Shown here: positions 60,636-64,000 of the stretch, in pieces
Position numbering within the stretch: position 1 is the first letter of the stretch
Layout: each line of letters opens with the position of its first letter
Assembly (NCBI GenBank): GCA_963715335.1
Contig: CAVQRZ010000019.1
Coordinates: forward strand, 64,001-128,000
DNA length: 64,000 nucleotides
Source: an uncultured delta proteobacterium
GTDB taxonomy: Bacteria > Desulfobacterota > Desulfuromonadia > Desulfuromonadales > BM103
Direction of reading: 5' to 3'
Program-made: the position numbers and the translations under genes
The notes under the pieces: generated by a model
Seen by the model: the letters and a program-made list of their open reading frames with translations, nothing else
Database searches by the model: none
What the model was told of the DNA's origin: nothing

Positions 60636-61164
60636 GGCAACAGATGGTTAATCTGTTGCCCTCTGTCTTTATTCTTAAAAAGCTTAAAACCAAAACCGGC
60701 GGGTCGCGTCCCGCCCGACGCCATACTTTTGTCCGGCAACAAAAGTATGCAAAAGTGCCTTCTCCTTGCGGAGGGCATCTCCTTTGCCGGATTTCTGTGA
60801 CTTCAGGAACCTTTACTGATGGGGATCCGGCCCTGTGTCAAAGGGCCTGACCTTGCCGTGTGATTTACCAGGGAAAAGCCAAAGCAACCTCTATCAATGC
60901 AAGTCTCCACGAAAGGAGAGGCTCTCAAGAGCCTCGGCTCCTGCGGGGGAAACGCTGGGCTCTTGATCGATTAGAACCATCCGGATTGAGGTTGCCGCCT
61001 TGACGCGCCAGACATGCCCAGCGCAGCGCAGGCCTTTTTCTGCTTACTCTTTTAGGCCAGTAAAAGAGTAAGGCGCCGTCGGGGGGCGCAACCCCCGGGT
61101 TCTGTTTTTGTCTTTGATTTCCAGAGAACAACAGCAAAGGGCAACAGATTAACCATCTGTTGCC
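60636..61164. repeat. inverted pair of structured multi-hairpin repeats (REP/MITE-like)
   Basis: identical 25-bp inverted termini (60636-60660 and 61140-61164), each followed by homologous hairpins. Confidence 0.7.
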
Positions 61165-61187
61165 CTTGTTTGTTCATTTCGCAAAAT

Positions 61188-62303
61188 CTAGTTCGACAAC
61201 CGATCCAGAAACTCCACGATCTTTGGTGTAAACTTCTCCGGCTCAACCAGGAACGAATCGTGCCCATAGTCCGAGTCAACCAAGTGGTACTCCGTCGGTT
61301 TGCCCTGGGAATGCAGCACCTCGATCAACTCTTCGGTCTGATACGGTGGGTAGAGCCAGTCCGAAGAGAATGCAAACCAGAGTGATGCGCAGTTCAGGTT
61401 GCTCAGCGCTTCGTCCAGCCCTTCAAAACCCCAGGCAATATCGTAGAGGTCCAATGACTTGGCCAGGTAGAGGAAGCTGTTGGTGTCAAAGCGGTCGACA
61501 AAGTTGCGGCCGTTGTATGCCAGATAGCGTTCGATCTCGAACTGGCCGAAGAAATCAAACTGGCCATCCCGGGAAGAGAACCTCCTGCCGAACTTGAGGT
61601 TCATCGACGGGTCGGACAAAAACGAGATGTGGCCGACGGCACGGGCCAGGGCCAGGCCGTCTGCCGGGGGATGCTCCGGCTTGTAGTTACCTTTGCGCCA
61701 CATTGGATCGTTGTAGATCGCCTGTCGGGCCAGTGCATTCAGGGCGATCGCCATCGGCGACGGCCGTCCGGTTCCGGCGATCGGGATGATCGAGCAAACC
61801 CGGTCCGGGTAGTGGATTCCCCACTCGATGGCCTGCATGGCTCCCATGCTGCCGCCGATCACCGTGAGCAGCCGGTCGATCCCCAGATGGTCCAGAAGCA
61901 GCTGCTGGGCACGCACCATGTCGCGGACCATGACCACCGGGAACTGCAGGTTGTAAGGCTTGCCGGTCCGCGGGTTGGTGCTGGTCGGTCCGGTGGAGCC
62001 GAAGCAGGAACCGATCACATTCGAACAGATGACAAAATAGCGGTTGGTGTCGAGGACTTTGCCCGGGCCGATCATATCATCCCACCAGCCCGGTTTGCGA
62101 TCGTCGGCATGATGGCGCCCGGCCGCATGCGCATCACCGGTCCAGGCGTGCGCCACCAGTACGGCGTTGCTTCGGGCCTCGTTCAACATCCCGTATGTTT
62201 CATAGGCAAGCGTCAAGGGCCCGAGCAGTCGGCCGCTTTCCAGCCGCAGCTCAACGTCGAAGTCGACGTATTCTGTTTTGACGATGATTGCCGAATCGTT
62301 CAC
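61188..62303 (-). CDS. metX: homoserine O-acyltransferase
   Basis: LAYETYG, HAWTGD, GGSMG, SDWLYP, GHDSFL; probable GTG start. Confidence 0.93.
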   Translation of the reverse strand: MNDSAIIVKTEYVDFDVELRLESGRLLGPLTLAYETYGMLNEARSNAVLVAHAWTGDAHAAGRHHADDRKPGWWDDMIGPGKVLDTNRYFVICSNVIGSCFGSTGPTSTNPRTGKPYNLQFPVVMVRDMVRAQQLLLDHLGIDRLLTVIGGSMGAMQAIEWGIHYPDRVCSIIPIAGTGRPSPMAIALNALARQAIYNDPMWRKGNYKPEHPPADGLALARAVGHISFLSDPSMNLKFGRRFSSRDGQFDFFGQFEIERYLAYNGRNFVDRFDTNSFLYLAKSLDLYDIAWGFEGLDEALSNLNCASLWFAFSSDWLYPPYQTEELIEVLHSQGKPTEYHLVDSDYGHDSFLVEPEKFTPKIVEFLDRLSN

Positions 62304-62319
62304 GGTAAACAACCCTGTT

Positions 62320-62360
62320 GAAAATAAAAGGCCCCTTCCCGAGAAAATGAGAAGGGGCCG
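62320..62360 (-). terminator. riboswitch expression-platform terminator
   Basis: GGCCCCTTC/GAAGGGGCC hairpin and U tract just before metX. Confidence 0.8.
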
Positions 62361-62393
62361 GCAGATACTTTGTAAACTGTATTGCGGGCTCCG

Positions 62394-62520
62394 TCCTCAT
62401 CTGTCCCGTGGCTTTAACCTCGGGCCGGATTTAGCACCTGGCACCCGCTATGGCGCTTTCTTCCGCGGGCCGGTTGCTGTGGCTTCAAAGGGCCTGTCCC
62501 TCCACCACTCTTGATAAAGA
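62394..62520 (-). ncRNA. SAM-I (S-box) riboswitch
   Basis: UUAUCAAGAG-UGGUGGAGGGACAGGCCC..GAAGCC..AGCAACC...GGUGCUAAAUCC...AGAUGAG upstream of metX. Confidence 0.93.
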
Positions 62521-62586
62521 CGTGTTGCTATGTAGGCAAAACTCTAACGAAAACTGTCTGCTTTGTCAAACGCTTTGCTGCATGGG

Positions 62587-64000
62587 TTATGATTTGAAAG
62601 AACCGATCTGTTTCTCCAGTACGTTAGCCTGTTCGGCCAGGTTTTCAACCACCGTGTCGAGTTCTGTGGTGCGGACGGCGTTCTCCTCGGCAACCTTGCG
62701 CACAGCGGATGCTGATTCAACCAGCTGACGACTGCGCGCTGATTGGTCCTTGGACGACTGGTCGATCTGTTGCAGCATGTTGCGGATATTTTCCATGCTG
62801 GCGCTGATCTGGTGACTGCCCCTGGCTTGCTCGCCGGTGCTGAGCTTGACCTGTGAGGAGATGTCTTTCATAGATTCTGCCGCTTCGGCGAGGAGTTGAA
62901 TGCCGTCTGACTGTTGTTTGACGGCCGAGGAGATCTGCTGCAGCATGTTGGCAATCTGGTTGACCGCCTCGGTGATCTGGCGACTGCCCCGAGACTGTTC
63001 CTGGGTGGCGCGCACGATGCTTTTGACCTGCTCGGCAGATCGAAGGGCACTGTGGGTCAGCTTTTCCAGGGCCTCTTCGGCGACTTTTGAGCGTTCAGCC
63101 TCTTCATGGACGCGTTCGCTGCCGACCTGCATGGCCTTGACGGCCTCCACGGTGCCGGTCTGCAGGCGCCGGATGATTGCGGAAATCTCCTGGGTGGACA
63201 TGGCCGTTCGCTCCGCCAGTTCACGGATCTCGTCGGCTACCACGGCAAAACCCTTACCATGTTCACCGGCCTGTGCGGCAATAATCGATGCGTTCAGGGA
63301 CAGCAGCCTGGTCTGGTCGGCGACTTCGTCGATAACGGTCAGGATCGAGCCGATCTCGCCGGACTGCTTGCCCAGCTCTTCAATAGCCCGGCTGGCGTCT
63401 TCAACGTTCGCCCGGATCAGTTGAATGCCGGAAATCGTCTCGGCCACGGCAGCCTTGCCCAACTCCGCGTCACGGCTGGCTTGCTCCGAGAGTTCATTGG
63501 TCAGCAGGGCCGTTTCCTCGACTTCCTTGATCGATGCGTCCATCTCGGTGATCGAAGAAGCGGTTACTTCCGTCGAAGAAGAAAGGTTGTCGAGATTGTC
63601 GGCAACCTGCTGGCTGGACACCGACATTTCAGTGGTCGAGCTGGAAACCTCTTCAATCGTACTGAAGAGGCGTTCGACCTGGGCGACAATTTCTTCTATC
63701 GTCGCGCCAAGTTCCAGGGTTGCTGACGATGAAATTTCGACCGCTTCGAGCAAGGCGCTGATACTGTTGCCGACTTCGAGCGTCGATTCGTCGATGCTTT
63801 TAATTGCCACGAACGAATCCTCAAGGGCTGCAGCCTGGTTGGCCGTGCCGTTGCTGACATCCTGGGACGTGTGGCGAATTTTCTCCGTGGCGACCGAGAT
63901 ATCCGCGCCAGCCGAGCGCAGGCGCTGGACCATCTCACGCAGGCGGGCGACAAAGTTGTTGAAATTGCCGGCCAGCTCGCCAACTTCATCGTTGCTGCTG
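62587..64000 (-). CDS. methyl-accepting chemotaxis protein (5' part outside the window)
   Basis: [34 protein letters not shown] hairpin tip; frame stays open to the window edge. Confidence 0.93.
   Translation of the reverse strand, partial: SSNDEVGELAGNFNNFVARLREMVQRLRSAGADISVATEKIRHTSQDVSNGTANQAAALEDSFVAIKSIDESTLEVGNSISALLEAVEISSSATLELGATIEEIVAQVERLFSTIEEVSSSTTEMSVSSQQVADNLDNLSSSTEVTASSITEMDASIKEVEETALLTNELSEQASRDAELGKAAVAETISGIQLIRANVEDASRAIEELGKQSGEIGSILTVIDEVADQTRLLSLNASIIAAQAGEHGKGFAVVADEIRELAERTAMSTQEISAIIRRLQTGTVEAVKAMQVGSERVHEEAERSKVAEEALEKLTHSALRSAEQVKSIVRATQEQSRGSRQITEAVNQIANMLQQISSAVKQQSDGIQLLAEAAESMKDISSQVKLSTGEQARGSHQISASMENIRNMLQQIDQSSKDQSARSRQLVESASAVRKVAEENAVRTTELDTVVENLAEQANVLEKQIGSFKS

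Noticed and set aside
60636..61164. CRISPR array or autonomous IS
   Set aside because: Only two inverted units, no spacers, no cas or transposase ORF

Overview
GC-rich chromosomal window, mostly housekeeping and metabolic genes. Gene content (multiheme cytochrome plus porin, GSU3473-like small proteins, hyp genes) suggests a Desulfuromonadales/Geobacter-like deltaproteobacterium; this is an inference. No phage, integrase, transposase or CRISPR array was found. In order: MBL hydrolase; TetR-controlled RND efflux operon; rsmE-prmA; PPDK regulatory kinase; OmpR/histidine kinase/HtrA; a LysR-linked decaheme cytochrome and outer-membrane beta-barrel; carbonic anhydrase; a decayed lipoprotein islet; ilvE; metF, rubredoxin and split metH; AGT; ABC-F; ppnP; malate synthase and a long ICL2-type isocitrate lyase; aroC; recQ; a KamA/ATP-grasp/GNAT/HDAC cluster; hypABCDE; ANTAR regulator; sirtuin, rubredoxin-oxidoreductase and macrodomain; initiator tRNA-Met; selU/mnmH; a structured inverted repeat; SAM-I riboswitch and metX; a partial MCP. 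Most notable: (1) the porin reads through an in-frame UGA followed by a SECIS-like hairpin, making it a probable heme-motif selenoprotein porin, with a separate +1 frameshift before its C-terminal strands; (2) a probable beta-amino-acid peptide pathway (lysine-type aminomutase, two non-Ddl ATP-grasp ligases, acetyltransferase, GNAT-deacetylase fusion) behind a strongly structured 5' leader with an anti-SD switch. Two single-base indels at GG runs may be assembly errors. All calls come from reading motifs by eye; no searches were run.
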